A stretch of 64,000 nucleotides of DNA, from the NCBI GenBank assembly GCA_964016885.1, contig OZ024750.1, forward strand, positions 53,816,001-53,880,000, in the 5' to 3' direction. The first letter of the stretch is position 1, and every line of letters begins with the position of its first letter. Below are positions 42,148-54,950 of the stretch, piece by piece. Made by a program: the position numbers and the translations under genes. The notes under the pieces were generated by a model, which ran no database searches, had not been told where the DNA came from, and worked only from the letters and a program-made list of their open reading frames with translations. This DNA is from Eledone cirrhosa (Eukaryota).

Positions 42148-42240
42148 TTCCTCTGAAGAATCTAATGGGTACAATTCTACGCTGGTATATAAAGCTCTTG
42201 AATTATTAAATGTACCTAAACAACGAAACACTGTAAGGAA
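42148..42240 (+). ncRNA. Hammerhead motif with long stem II insert
   Basis: TTCCT-CTGAAGA-...GGGTACA...TGTACCT...-GAAAC-ACT-GTA-AGGAA then TAAA (AATAAA); perfect 5-bp stem I. Confidence 0.6.
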
Positions 42241-42452
42241 TAAATTTTGTTATTAAAAGTCTTGCTTTCTCCACCGTATATTTCTGCTTTTGTATATATA
42301 TATATATAGTAATAATAACAATATTTATACTTATATATGTTTAATATACAATTATAAATATGGAGGGTCGTACTAAGTACTAGCCGGTTACCGGTATGAC
42401 ATAAGGCTCAATGCAAATTTTCAAGTGTTTTACAGAGCCGAGATACAAAGTG

Positions 42453-42763
42453 TTAAAACAATCAAATCTTAGTTTAATACATTTATTTGCTGACAATTGT
42501 TTCTTCCAGAGGGAAGTCTGGAATCATCGGAGCATAGGGAATGTCTAAACAGGTGATTAAAATCCTAGTCATTCAGAACATTTAGGTAGATACATAGGTA
42601 GATACATAGATACAACACCTATGTATCTACCTAAATGTTCTGAATGACTAGGATTTTAATCACCTGTTTAGACATTCCCTATGCTCCGATGATTCCAGAC
42701 TTCCCTCTGGAAGAAACAATTGTCAGCAAATAAATGTATTAAACTAAGATTTGATTGTTTTAA
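42453..42763. repeat. Perfect inverted repeat, 147-bp arms, 17-nt loop
   Basis: 42453-42599 is the reverse complement of 42617-42763. Confidence 0.93.
42682..42728 (+). ncRNA. Minimal hammerhead motif, C4 variant (identical mirror copy on - strand at 42488-42534)
   Basis: TGCT-CCGATGA-TTCCAGA cttccc TCTGGAA-GAAAC-AATT-GTC-AGCA-AATAAA. Confidence 0.72.
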
Positions 42764-42864
42764 TATTTTGTGTATATATATATATATTAGAAAAAAACAA
42801 GGTTACAAACTCACTTTTATTCCATTATTTCTGTTTGTTTCAATACAGCTATAATGGTAGATGT

Positions 42865-43365
42865 ATTTGCAGAACAACTGGAAATTATTAATTAACAATT
42901 AACTACTTCATACATATTACTTATAATCTGTATATACTGAAGAAATTTATAAAGAACAAATAAAAAACAATATCAAAAACACTTAGCATATAGCAAGCAG
43001 TTATATTTAAAGGCATATTATGTAGATGGAATTTTTTAAAAGCCAATCAAGACTATAGGTTGAGTTGTAATTTCTCTGTCATTACAATTTAGTGTTGTTA
43101 GCTTTTCTGTATAGTTAGATTTATATATGTTGTATGACTGTAGGAGTGGTACCTAATAGATGGTAGAAAATGGGGATATGTACTGTTTATGTTGTTATTT
43201 TTCTTTATACAGATGGAATATTCCATCTATATAAAGAATAAATAAATAAACACTACATAAACCCATTTACTGCCATCTGTTCTTTGTAAATTTCCTGAGG
43301 ATATACAGATTATAAGTATGGTGTAGTTAATTGTTAACTAATAATTTCCAGTTGTTCTGCCAATA
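42865..43365. repeat. Diverged inverted repeat, about 95-bp arms (MITE-like)
   Basis: gcagaacaactggaaattatta... versus ...taataatttccagttgttctgc. Confidence 0.7.
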
Positions 43366-43893
43366 TGAACCTAGGATTGTAATGTACATAGAGCTTCTCT
43401 CATCTTACTAAAGATAATAGTGAAGTGCTACTCTATTATATGTGTAACCTATAAATTATATGTATTAGCACTGTATATATAATATACCCACATTTCACAT
43501 CTCATCTGGGCCTATTACCAACTTTGCACTGGGGTGAATGTACTTCAATACTGCTTCGAAAGAACATTATTTCGGTGGTTTGGCAGTATCGGTAGAGGGT
43601 CAAACGCCATGCTTTGCAGCATAGAGTTACAGCCCTTTATGATCTGAGTTCGAATCCCACCGAGGTTAAATTTGCCATTCATCCTTACAGCGTCGACAAA
43701 TAAAGTACTAGTCACACACTGGAGTCAATTTAATCAACTTTCCCCTCCCCAAAAATTGCTGGCCTTGTGGAAATGTTAACAAAATTTAACAAATATTTAA
43801 AAAAAAATACTGAAGTTTCCAGTTGGACTAATATCTATTTTCCTTTCTTCTATTTATGTTACAATAATAACTAATTCTTATTTATATTTCTAG

Positions 43894-43986
43894 GATATCA
43901 GACAAAAGTTAGGTCATCGACTTCAGCTTCAAGACCTGCTTATCAAACCTGTTCAAAGAATAATGAAATATCAGCTTTTATTAAAG
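43894..43986 (+). CDS. DH domain exon ([31 protein letters not shown])
   Basis: DH CR3 motif [16 protein letters not shown]; ttctAG / GTTTGT; 93 nt. Confidence 0.97.
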
Positions 43987-44171
43987 GTTTGTTAGACATA
44001 ACCACTAAGTTTACTAAGTTTTTTATTATCTGTAAAGATCTATTTATTAAATATTTCTCAAATTTCTCTTGTGTTTCATAATGGTAAAGAAAAATTATTT
44101 CAAATGCCCTTAACATAGTGGATACCTAAATGTATTTGACAATGAATAATATTATTATAATATCATATTAT

Positions 44172-44353
44172 TTGGCAGTATCGGTATAGGGTTTGACGCC
44201 ATGCTTTCCAGCATAGTTACGTCCCTTTATGATCTGAGTTCAAATCCCGCCGAGGTTGACTTTGCCTTTCATCCTTACGGGGTCGATAAAATAAAGTACC
44301 AGTAATGCACTGGGTAATTGCTGGCCTTGTGCCTAAAGTAGAAACAATTATTA
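44172..44353 (+). mobile_element. tRNA-derived Meta-domain SINE with (ATT)n tail; copies at about 259-485, 9853-10045, 15523-15740, 21360-21565, 21896-22080, 38260-38445, 38780-38940, 43572-43775, 51690-51850 (+) and 44764-44940 (-)
   Basis: B box gagttcaaatccc; Meta-like gcctttcatccttacggggtcgataaaataaagtaccag. Confidence 0.82.
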
Positions 44354-44440
44354 ATATTCTGTTTGTTTGCAAGTAAACAACCTCATAAATGCATGTTAGA
44401 TGACTGTCATCATTTTGTTACAACAGTAGCTGAGAGAAAA

Positions 44441-44483
44441 CAACCAACGACTGTTTCGGAGTGTTTGCTCCTTATCAAGATTG
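44441..44483 (-). ncRNA. Minimal hammerhead motif, U3-A8 variant (second copy on + strand at 44631-44673)
   Basis: Minus strand: CAATC-TTGATAA-GGAG caaaca CTCC-GAAAC-agtc-GTT-GGTTG; + copy CAATC-TTGATAA-aaAG..CTCC-GAAAC-AATT-GTT-GATTG. Confidence 0.68.
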
Positions 44484-45354
44484 TGTATTTCGTCTCTGCT
44501 ACTCACTGGAACTGCTGAAAATACATAATATTCTCAAATGTATCTTTTTTTTATTTTCGACAAAGCTGGCAGTAAAATCAATTGGTATGCAAATGAGGTT
44601 AATCAGCTGATGTATACATTTGAGAATACACAATCTTGATAAAAAGCAAACACTCCGAAACAATTGTTGATTGTTTTCTCTCAGCTACTGCTGGAACAAA
44701 AGGATAACGTCATTTAACATGTGGTGCTTATGAGGCTGTTTACTTGCAAACAAACCATATATAAATAATTGTTTCTACTTTTGGCACAAGGCCAGCATTT
44801 ATCCCGTGCTTACTGATATTTTCATCGACCCCGTAGGATGAAAGGCAAAGTTAACCTTGGCTGGATTTGAACACAGACTGTAAATGGCCGTAACTCTATG
44901 CTGCAAAGCATGGCATCTGACCCACTACCAATACTGCCAATCTATATATCAATAATATTATGTTATTATTATATTATTATTCACTCATGAATACAAAAAT
45001 TATTTCCTTAACCTTTTCAATACCATATTTCTAATGAAATACACTGTCTATGATTTTCAAATAATTTTGAAAAGATCGAGAATTTGGAGGGATTTAGTCA
45101 TATAAATTTCTCGTTATTAAGCTAATGTTTGGAACATAACTTAAAAAGGTTTTCATTTGAAATTATGACATATGGTTTTTAGATAAATATAAACATTTTA
45201 GAATAAACAGTTTTGTATTGTAGAACTAGGGTTGGTTTCAGGTGGTTTGGTATCAAACGGATTAACCTGAGAACTTTAAAATCCTGCCCTTTCTGCAAAG
45301 CAGGAAATATTCTTCATTGAATATAAAATTGTTTCTACTAAATCTTTCTTTCAG

Positions 45355-45483
45355 GATATTTTAACACATACTCAGAAAGCTGGTTTGGATACTGCTGACA
45401 TAAAGAAGGCTGTGGCTGTGATGTGTGTTGTACCAAAAGCAGCAAATGATATGATGCAAGTTGGCCGGCTGCAAGGGTTTCAT
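45355..45483 (+). CDS. DH C-terminal exon (DILTHTQKAGLDTADIKKAVAVMCVVPKAANDMMQVGRLQGFH)
   Basis: tttcAG / GTACGT; 129 nt; VPxxxNDMMxVGRLQGF motif of Trio GEF2/p63RhoGEF type. Confidence 0.96.
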
Positions 45484-46353
45484 GTACGTATTCTCTCTTC
45501 ACTGTTTTAATCTTTTCATCATCGTAGGTTCTGTTTTCCTCTACTGGCATCACCTGGACAGGTCATTATGCTCCAGGTCAGTACTTATTCCAAGTTGCTG
45601 GACCACATCTCACTCATACATTAGATTTTTGGCATGGTTTCATAGTTTCAACAGCTGGATGTCAACTACTTTACTGGATGTCCTTCTTCTAATCAATTGA
45701 CAGAATATCTGGATATTGTGGCACCAGAGAGTTTATGTCTGACATCAATGAACAGTCTTCTCTACCCCTTTTAGGCATGCTTTCTGTAGCTAGATGTTAC
45801 GGAGTGTAAAGCATGCACTTATGGTAGCACAAGAGAGACTGTCATGTCTGTGATGCTACTGATGAGTCTTTTCAATCCTATGTTGTTACCAACAGAGGCC
45901 ATAAGTTATAATCCTATTAACACCACTGAAATATGTCCCTGGTTAACACCTATTTCTGTCCCAGTTTGCCTGACTCACTATCATGATCATTTTATGTCTA
46001 TTTTCCATGCTGGCATGGGTTGGACAGGTCAGATCACCACTTCTTATGCGTGGTTTCTAATGCCAACCTCTCTACAGAACATACTGGGTGTATTTTATTG
46101 TGTTGCAGAAGAAGTTCTAGCTTTACTTCACAGTTGTGTGGTTAGTAGTAGAAATAACATCTTATCATGCAGTAACAATAGTTCCACAAAATACACCAAA
46201 GTAATATGGTAAAATTGTTGTTGTAATGTGTATAAAGTATTGTAATGTAGTAAAATTGACATTATATGTATAAATTATGTTGTTAACTGAAATACAGGTG
46301 ATAGGAAATGTTAAAATAAACCTAAATATTCTGTGTTCTTCTCTTTAATTCAG

Positions 46354-46389
46354 GGTAAATTAACTGCACAAGGAAAGTTATTGCTTCAG
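46354..46389 (+). CDS. 36-nt DH-PH junction exon (GKLTAQGKLLLQ)
   Basis: attcAG / GTAAGT; phase 0/0; AQGKLLLQ motif. Confidence 0.95.
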
Positions 46390-46971
46390 GTAAGTTTTTT
46401 CTTCTTTTTTTTAAATCATATCTCTCTCACAAACAATTTTCTGTTCCTTTGTCACCATCACCATCATTACCACCATCATCATCATCACCATTAAACATCT
46501 ATTTTCCATGCTTGCATGGATTTGACAGGTGTTCACATTCAGACTATACAAGTTAGATGGCCATGTCTAGCTCATATGATCCAATTTGGGACTGGTTTCC
46601 TCCACCTGGATGCCCTTCCTAATGCCAACAACATAACAGTTTTTACTTTATTGTCTGTTTCCCTTAAATTCTATCACCAATATTCAGTATTAGAATTTAT
46701 TGCAGTTTATTGCAGTTTTCATAGCAATTATCATCATCATCACCACTTTAGAATAGGCACATCCTATTCCTTCATGTCATACAAAATGACTAAAAGGGTT
46801 GGTGTCAGGAAAAGCATCTGACTGTAAAAAAACATTGCCTTAAAAAGTCCAGTCGAAGCCATGCCAGGGTGTAAAAGTCAATGATGATAATGATTTTCAA
46901 TGCTGGCACAAATTGAATTAGCTTTTTGATTTATAAAAAGTTTTTTTTTTTTATGTTTATTAGTTCACATA

Positions 46972-48790
46972 ACTTTACTAATACAATGACTGATCTCTCC
47001 CGTGGCTTTACTAATACAATGACTGATCCCTCCCGTGGCTTTACTAATACAATGGCAGATCCCTCCCGTGGCTTTACTAATACAATGACTGATCCCTTCC
47101 ATGGCTTTACTAATACAATGGCAGATCCCTCCCGTGGCTTTAGTAATACAATGACTGATCTCTCCAATAGCTTTAGTCATACAATGACTGATCCCTCCCG
47201 TGGCTTTACTAATACAATGGCAGATCCCTCCCGTGGCTTTACTAATACAATGGCAGATCCCTCCCGTGGCTTTACTAATACAATGACTGATCCCTCCCGT
47301 GGCTTTACTAATACAATGACTGATCCCTCCTGTGGCTTTACTAATACAATGGCAGATCCCTCCCGTGGCTTTACTAATACAATGGCAGATCCCTCCTGTG
47401 GCTTTACTAATACAATGGCAGATCCCTCCCGTGGCTTTAGTAATACAATGACTGATCCCTCCCATAGCTTTAGTCATACAATGACTGATCCCTCCCATGG
47501 CTTTACTAATACAATGACTGATCCCTCCCGTGGCTTTACTAATACAATGACTGATCCCTCCCGTGGCTTTACTAATACAATGACTGATCCCTCCTGTGGC
47601 TTTACTAATACAATGGCAGATCCCTCCCGTGGCTTTACTAATACAATGGCAGATCCCTCCTGTGGCTTTACTAATACAATGGCAGATCCCTCCCGTGGCT
47701 TTAGTAATACAATGACTGATCCCTCCCATAGCTTTAGTCATACAATGACTGATCCCTCCCATGGCTTTACTAATACAATGACTGATCCCTCCCGTGGCTT
47801 TAGTAATACAATGACTGATCCCTCCCATAGCTTCAGTCATACAATGACTGATCCCTCCCGTGGCTTTACTAATACAATGGCAGATCCCTCCCGTGGCTTT
47901 ACTAATACAATGGCAGATCCCTTCCATGGCTTTACTAATTCAATGACTGATCCCTTCCATGGCTTTACTAATACAATGACTGATCCCTCCCATGGCTTTA
48001 CTAATACAATGGCAGATCCCTCCCGTGGCTTTACTAATTCAATGACTGATCCCTCCCGTGGCTTTACTAATACAATGACTGATCCCCCCCGTGGCTTTAC
48101 TAATACAATGACTGATCCCTTCCATGGCTTTACTAATTCAATGACTGATCCCTCCCGTGGCTTTACTAATTCAATGACTGATCCCTCCCGTGGCTTTACT
48201 AATTCAATGACTGATCCCTCCCGTGGCTTTACTAATACAATGACTGATCCCTCCCGTGGCTTTACTAATACAATGACTGATCCCTTCCATGGCTTTACTA
48301 ATACAATGACTGATCCCTCCCGTGGCTTTACTAATTCAATGACTGATCCCTCCCGTGGCTTTACTAATACAATGACTGATCCCTCCCGTGGCTTTACTAA
48401 TACAATGACTGATCCCTTCCATGGCTTTACTAATACAATGACTGATCCCTCCCGTGGCTTTACTAATTCAATGACTGATCCCTCCCGTGGCTTTACTAAT
48501 ACAATGACTGATCCCTTCCATGGCTTTACTAATACAATGACTGATCCCTCCCGTGGCTTTACTAATACAATGGCTGATCCCTTCCTTGGCTTTACTAATA
48601 CAATGACTGATCCCTTCCTTGGCTTTACTAATACAATGACTGATCCCTTCCTTGGCTTTACTAATACAATGACTGATCCCTCCCGTGGCTTTACTAATAC
48701 AATAGCTGATCCCTCCCATAACTTTACTAATACAATGACTGATCCCTCCTGTTGCTTTACTAATACAATGACTGATCCCTCCCATGGTTA
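46972..48790. repeat. 33-bp minisatellite, about 55 copies, with higher-order variant blocks
   Basis: ctttactaatacaatgactgatccctcccgtgg. Confidence 0.96.
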
Positions 48791-49117
48791 CCACCCCTAG
48801 TATCTTTACTAGTGGGTAGAGATCATTGTTAATATTTGCAGTGTTATAGTAAATACTTTCATTTTTAATGTGATGCAGTTATAGTGCTATTTTGTACTTT
48901 TCAAGAATGTCTTGTTAATGTAGTTTCATGTAGTTTCTTAATTCAAATGTTTATAGCATCTTTACTAGCAGTATTGAAAATTTGCAAACTTTAATTAAAA
49001 ACTTTAATTTTTAAATGTTATGCAGTCATAGTGCTGTTTTTTTTTCAAGAATATCTTGCTAATGTGGTTTCAAGTGGTACAGGATATTAAGAATTAATGT
49101 TGTTTGTGTATTTACAG

Positions 49118-49279
49118 GAAACCCTGTTAGTTGGTGAAGTCACAGAAGGAAATCACTCCAAATTTAGAGAAAGACGGGTGTTTCTCTTTGAACAGATCAT
49201 CATTTTTAGTGAAGTGATTGAGGAAAAGAAAAGGGGCAGTTTTTCCAATGCCAATTATATTTATAAAAACAGTGTAAAG
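49118..49279 (+). CDS. PH domain exon (ETLLVGEV...RERRVFLFEQIIIFSE...YIYKNSVK)
   Basis: ttacAG / GTAAGT; 162 nt; RERRxFLFEQ motif. Confidence 0.96.
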
Positions 49280-49759
49280 GTAAGTTTATTGCAGTTATTA
49301 TCACCAACGCCACCTTCTCGAACCCACCACATACTTCTACCTGTCTCTTTCTCCTCTCTTCCATACCTTTCCTATTCCTATCTACTTTTTTCTTTTTCTC
49401 TACTCCCCCCCCCCCCCCTTCTTCTGCTCTACGCTCTGTATGGCTTCTCTCTCTCTATCTCTCACTGCTTCCCATTCCTCTCACACAACAATATGTAGTT
49501 GTCTAGTTGCTCCTATGTCTGACATTAAAACATGACATTTCTAGCAACACTCACCAACATTTCCTTACTCTTCAGCTCCATGTAATTATAATAATAACTA
49601 ACAAAATAATATAACTGATTTAATGTCTCTATAGATGACCAGTAAATTAATATAACTGAAATATATAGCAGTCTTCATTTCATGCTGTAAAAACTGGCAC
49701 TGGGCTTGCAACCTGTTCTGAGAGGCGTGGGATAGACACACAAAAATTGCATATCCTGA

Positions 49760-51635
49760 GACTCCAAAGAGGGTCTGGAAGGGAGCAAACCTGGACAGTT
49801 GGAACCTGGAACATCACAACCCTCACATGTAAGGAGCAGGAACTAGTAGAGGAGGCTAGATGCTACAGGCTAGATATAGTTGGGGTTTCCTCAACAAAGT
49901 TCCATGGCTCTGATACTGTAGATTTGGATGGGGGATGGAAACTCCACTATTCAGGTGTGATGCCAGAAATGACTGCACTGGTGGTAGTGGAGATACTCAC
50001 AGGACCTTGGCTGTCAGAATATCTTATGGACTGGATACCATTGGGAGGGAGGGTTTGCCTCTTGACACTTAGGCTGAAAGATAGGTCTGTGGGTGGTGCT
50101 AGTTTATGTACCAAACAAGGAGTCTGAATACAGGTCCTTCCTTGATAAAGTTACTGTAGAGTTAGATGGAGTTAAGACTGAGTCATATATCCTGATGGGA
50201 GACTTTAATGCACATGTTGGTACTGACCACCTGACATGGAAAGGAGTGATTGGAGGGAATGGCAACCCTGATCTAAATATGAATGGAGAGGCCTTACTAG
50301 ACTTCTGTTCTACCACTGGACTCTCTATTATAAACACCTTCTTCCAGCACAGAGACATCCATTAATATACATGGTATAAGGGAGATCAGGGACAGAAATC
50401 AGTAATTGATTTTGTTATTGTCTCTGATCTCTTTGATTGTTTGTTTGCTGAATGTCCCTGATAAGAGAGAGGCTGAGCTGTCAACTGATCACCATGAAGA
50501 GGAAATCTGACCCAAGATGTTAAAAGCCTTAAGTAGAAAAGGTATTCTCTGGCTGACTCATGTGTGCCGGGTCACCTGGATCTTTTGGCAAATGGGGAGT
50601 GATAATCCCAATTTTCAAGAAGAGAGAGATTGTTCCAATTACAGAGGAATCTCACAGCTAACCCTCCCCGGTCTATAAAGAGATGTGGGGACATTGTCAA
50701 GTCCAAGCTAGCTGATAAACAGTGTGGTTTTCACCCTGGACACAGCACAGCCAACTCAATATTCCCACCGTGGAAGGTCTTTGAGAAATTGTGAGAGTAT
50801 TGCCAAGAAGTATATTCTTGTTTTGTCAACCTAGAAAAGGCATATGACTGTTCCTCAGGACCTACTGTGGAAGGCTGTGCTGGAGTATAAGATTGATGGT
50901 CAGCTTCTTGCTGCCCTGATGACTCTATACAAATATCCAAGTATTTGTGTTTGGATAAATGTTGCTTAATTGAAGCCATTCAATGTGGAAGTCTGATTCC
51001 ACCAAGGGTGCATACTGTCACCTTTCCTATTCATTATTTACGTTAACAGGATTGACATGCACAGCCAGGTTGGAAGTGGTATCATGACTGGCGGGTGTAA
51101 AATCAATCAGCTGGAATTTGCAGATGACATGGTGTTACTTAACTTAACAGAAGGTGATCTCCGACTTGCACTTGATAGGTTTGATGCAGAGTGCTGCATA
51201 CTACATGGCTGGGATGAAAATCATTGCTGCGAAAACTGAGACACTCGTCCTCTCAAGAAGCCTGCACAGTGCACTCTACATGTGAATGGAGTTCCACTGA
51301 AGCAGGTGGAGAAGTTCAAATATCTTGGGGCCATGTTCATGAAGTGCTAGAATTGCTGGAGCTGGTGCAGTAATGTGCCAGCTTCAGCATTCAGTAATTT
51401 GTGCCAACCCTTACCTATGGTCATGAATCTTGGGTAATGACTGAAAGAATACGATTGTGAATACAAGCAGCCGAAATGGGGTTCCTCTGAAGGGTCTTTC
51501 AATTAACATTGCTCAATAAAGTGCATAGCTCGAGACCAGAGAGTCGCTCCAGGTCAAAATGCTTCTGAGAGGAACCACTGGAAGGAGTGTTTCAGTCCCC
51601 ACGACCCTCTCACGTATAAGTGGGTGAAGAAAAAG
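49760..51635 (+). mobile_element. Decayed RTE-type LINE (APE endonuclease + RT) with internal deletions; related 3' fragment at about 9207-9685
   Basis: VGTWNITTL..LDIVGVS, ILMGDFNAHVG, LEFADDMVL; both copies end aagtgggtgaagaa. Confidence 0.85.
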
Positions 51636-51870
51636 ATTTAATGGCTCTATAGATAACTAATAAATTACTGTCAGATTTTTTTGTTCTAGATCTTTACATT
51701 CTGTGTTCAAACCCTGCCAAGGATAACTTTGGCTTTCCTCCTTCTGGGGCCAATAAAATAAAGTTCCAGTCAAATACAGGGGTAGATTTAATCAAGTTTT
51801 CCTTTCCTTCCAAATTATTGGCCTTGTGCTTAAATTAGAAATCGTTATTATTGACTGTATTCTGAATTAT

Positions 51871-51959
<89 letters not shown>

Positions 51960-52092
51960 ATCTGCCAGACAGTCCTATGCGAGCAAGACAATCAGTCTTG
52001 CCTCAAGTGGGACTACCCCCGTCCAAACCCATGCAAGCGTGGAACACGGACGTTAAACGTTGATGATGATATATATATATATATATATATAT

Positions 52093-52645
52093 AAACGGAA
52101 AAAATGAAACAAAATTTCATTTCCCACTCTTAGTACGGCTGTTACTTAAATATAAGTATGTACACGTACATACATATATGTATGCAGACGTACAGTAGTA
52201 TGTATATATATATATATATATATATACATACATGTACACATATATATATTTACGTATGGATTCACCGAGCATTTATTATAATGCTCGGTGTGTCTGTAAA
52301 CAAACATCCCGTATTAAGCCGTAGTGTCTAACATCCATCGTTGCTCGTTTGTTCAACACTGACAAAGGAACGCTGTACTAGTTTCAAGCTTATTAGCTAT
52401 CGTCAGCAACGTATACCTTCCTGCCAGATTGTTGAACGTATATACTTACCTTATGCATATTAATGGCTGAGTAGCCCAATTTGCATATTGAGTGGGTTAA
52501 TCGGCCGGGTGCACCGAAAACAATAAACGGAAAACATAAAACAAAATTTCATTTCCCACTCTTAGTACGGCTGTTACTTAAATATAAGTATGTACACGTA
52601 CATACATATATGTATACAGATGTACAGTAGTATGTATATATATAT
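52093..52645. repeat. Direct repeat of about 120 bp at a 430-bp period
   Basis: aaacggaaaa..aacaaaatttcatttcccactcttagtacggctg.. at about 52093 and 52525. Confidence 0.85.
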
Positions 52646-52866
52646 ACACCTACACACAGATACTGATAAGTCTTTGGATTTCAATTTCGTTGATTTTTGA
52701 AATGTCTATATATCATCCTCATCATCATCGTTTAACGTCTATCTTCCATGCTAACATGGGTTAGGTCAGGTTACATGTGTGTCTCTAAGTACGTAAATGT
52801 TTATATAGGTATGTAGATGTATAGGATTTGGAAAGGTATAAGTCTTCAAAATATATTTATATATAT

Positions 52867-52992
52867 ATAGGAAAATGTATGACCCCGACGGCAGAGCTCA
52901 AGCCGTTTCGAGAGCTATTTCTGGACACTTTAGTCCAGAAATAGCCATCGAAACAGCTTGAGCTCTGCCGTCGGGATCATACATTTTCCTAT
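52867..52992. repeat. Hairpin, 60-bp arms (about 4 mismatches), 6-nt loop
   Basis: ataggaaaatgtatga...ctggac acttta gtccag...tcatacattttcctat. Confidence 0.9.
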
Positions 52993-54369
52993 TACCCACT
53001 CTACTACCCTAAGTATTGAGTACTCTGGTGCATTATGGTCCATGTGGTTCCTTACCACAACTCCTTCGTTATATATATATATATTTATATATATATATTT
53101 ATATATGTGTGTGTGTGTCAGATATACATGCAAGCAGGGAAAAGCAGATGTAAAATGATGATGATATATGTATATATACATGTATGTATATGTATATATA
53201 TGTAGCGACGTGATTAGTCAGTCTGGTCACTACTAGAATAGCCCTATATATATATTGTTATACTTTGGGTGCATCATGCTGCCAACAGAAACACACGCAC
53301 CTGTTGGTTTTCTCTTCAATTTATTATAAATTTCTAGTTTGTTCGATAACCGGAAGATTGTTTATATAGTGTCCCTCTGAAAGTATAACAATATCTGTTT
53401 CAACACAAGTTTTCAGATAAGAAATCTTGCAAAACAAATTCAAAAATGAAGTATTTATGCATCATCATCATCATCATCGTTTTACGTCCGTTCTTCAACG
53501 CTAGCATGGGTTAGACGGGTTGTCCTGTTGTGGGCAGTGTCTGGTCGGCTGACCATGCCTTGCTCATACAGGAACTGATTTGGCTTGATTTCTACAGCTG
53601 GATGCCCTTCCTAACACCAACCTCATTTACAGTGAGTGCTGGGTGCTTTTTCGTGGCGCCTACACGTCCACTTTACAGTGTGGGCTGGGTGCTTTTTTGC
53701 CATGGCACCTCCACGACCACCTTGCGGTGGGGGCATATTGTCTATATGCTTCAGCTTGTACCCATCGGAGGTCGGGTACTCTGTATTAGTGCATGTATAT
53801 ATATATATACATATATATACATAAATATATATATATGGAGGCACATGGTTAGAGCATTGGCCTTGCAATCGAAAGGTTGTGAGTTCAATTCTCAGACCGG
53901 GTGATGTTGTTTCCTTGAGCAAGACACTTTATTTCACATTGCTCCAGTTTACTCAGCTGTAGAAATGAGATGATAGGGACTGGGGTCCCTATCATTCCAC
54001 TGCAAAGTGGTCGTGGAGGTGCAACAGCAAAAAAGCACCCACCACTCACTGTAAATGAGGTTAGTGTTAGGAAGGGCATCCAGCTGTAGAGATCAAGCCA
54101 GAATCAGTTCCCGTCCCGCCCTTGCAAGCAGGGAAAAGCGGACATAAAATGATGATGATGATATATGTGTGTGTGTATATATATATATTGTTATACTTGG
54201 GGAGGGTCATATTGTTGTAATAATATTGCCAAAAATAATATCTATATGTATATCATCATCATCACCATTTAACGTCCATTTTCCCACACTAGCATGGGTT
54301 AGACAGGTTTTATTAGCATGACTGTAAGATGCTAGTAGTACACATGAAGCAACTCAAAATGTTAATGTG

Positions 54370-54950
54370 TTACACATTGACTACCAGATGTCCCCAGACA
54401 TGAGGATAAGTTTGAAGATAGCCTCAGAAGGATTGAAGAAGTGCTGATCAATTTGGATCAGAGTCTCAACATCCTACTGCTGGGCGATTTTAACCTCCCC
54501 TAGGTCAAATGGGCCAAAGGCCAGCCCCTCTCAGGAATGACCGCATTTGAAGAGAGACTGACACATTCCCTGCTGGACCTCACAGACAGGCTGTTCATGG
54601 AACAAGTAGTACTTCACCCAACAAGTTGTGAGAATGTCCTGGATCTCTGCTTTACACATAATGCAGTGCTCATCCACAATGTAAAGGTGACACCAACGAT
54701 TTTCTTGCAACATAACGTAGTAGAAATAATTATATGTGGTTGAAGGGAGTCAGTAGAGAAACAACCAACAGGAAGTACCAGGAATCTATCCAGCCTAAAC
54801 TTTCACAAGGCTGACTGGAAAAGGATCCCGGAAGAGATCCTGAAGCAAAAATGGAGCGATAACATCACCACACAAAACTCCAAGACTCTCCAGCATTTCA
54901 TGACAACAATACAAACCATATGCCATAAGTTTGTCTTGGGGGAAAAAAGC
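54370..54950 (+). mobile_element. LINE APE endonuclease fragment (CR1/Jockey-like)
   Basis: ILLLGDFNLP, QVVLHPT..ENVLDLCFT, NFHKADW. Confidence 0.7.

Noticed and set aside
46926-48800. 624-aa ORF of FTNTMTDPSRG repeats
   Set aside because: The 33-bp unit happens to lack a stop in this frame, and the variants are mostly non-synonymous. The nearby AG (46962-46963) joined to the phase-0 upstream exon reads TTC ACA TAA. It is an intronic VNTR.
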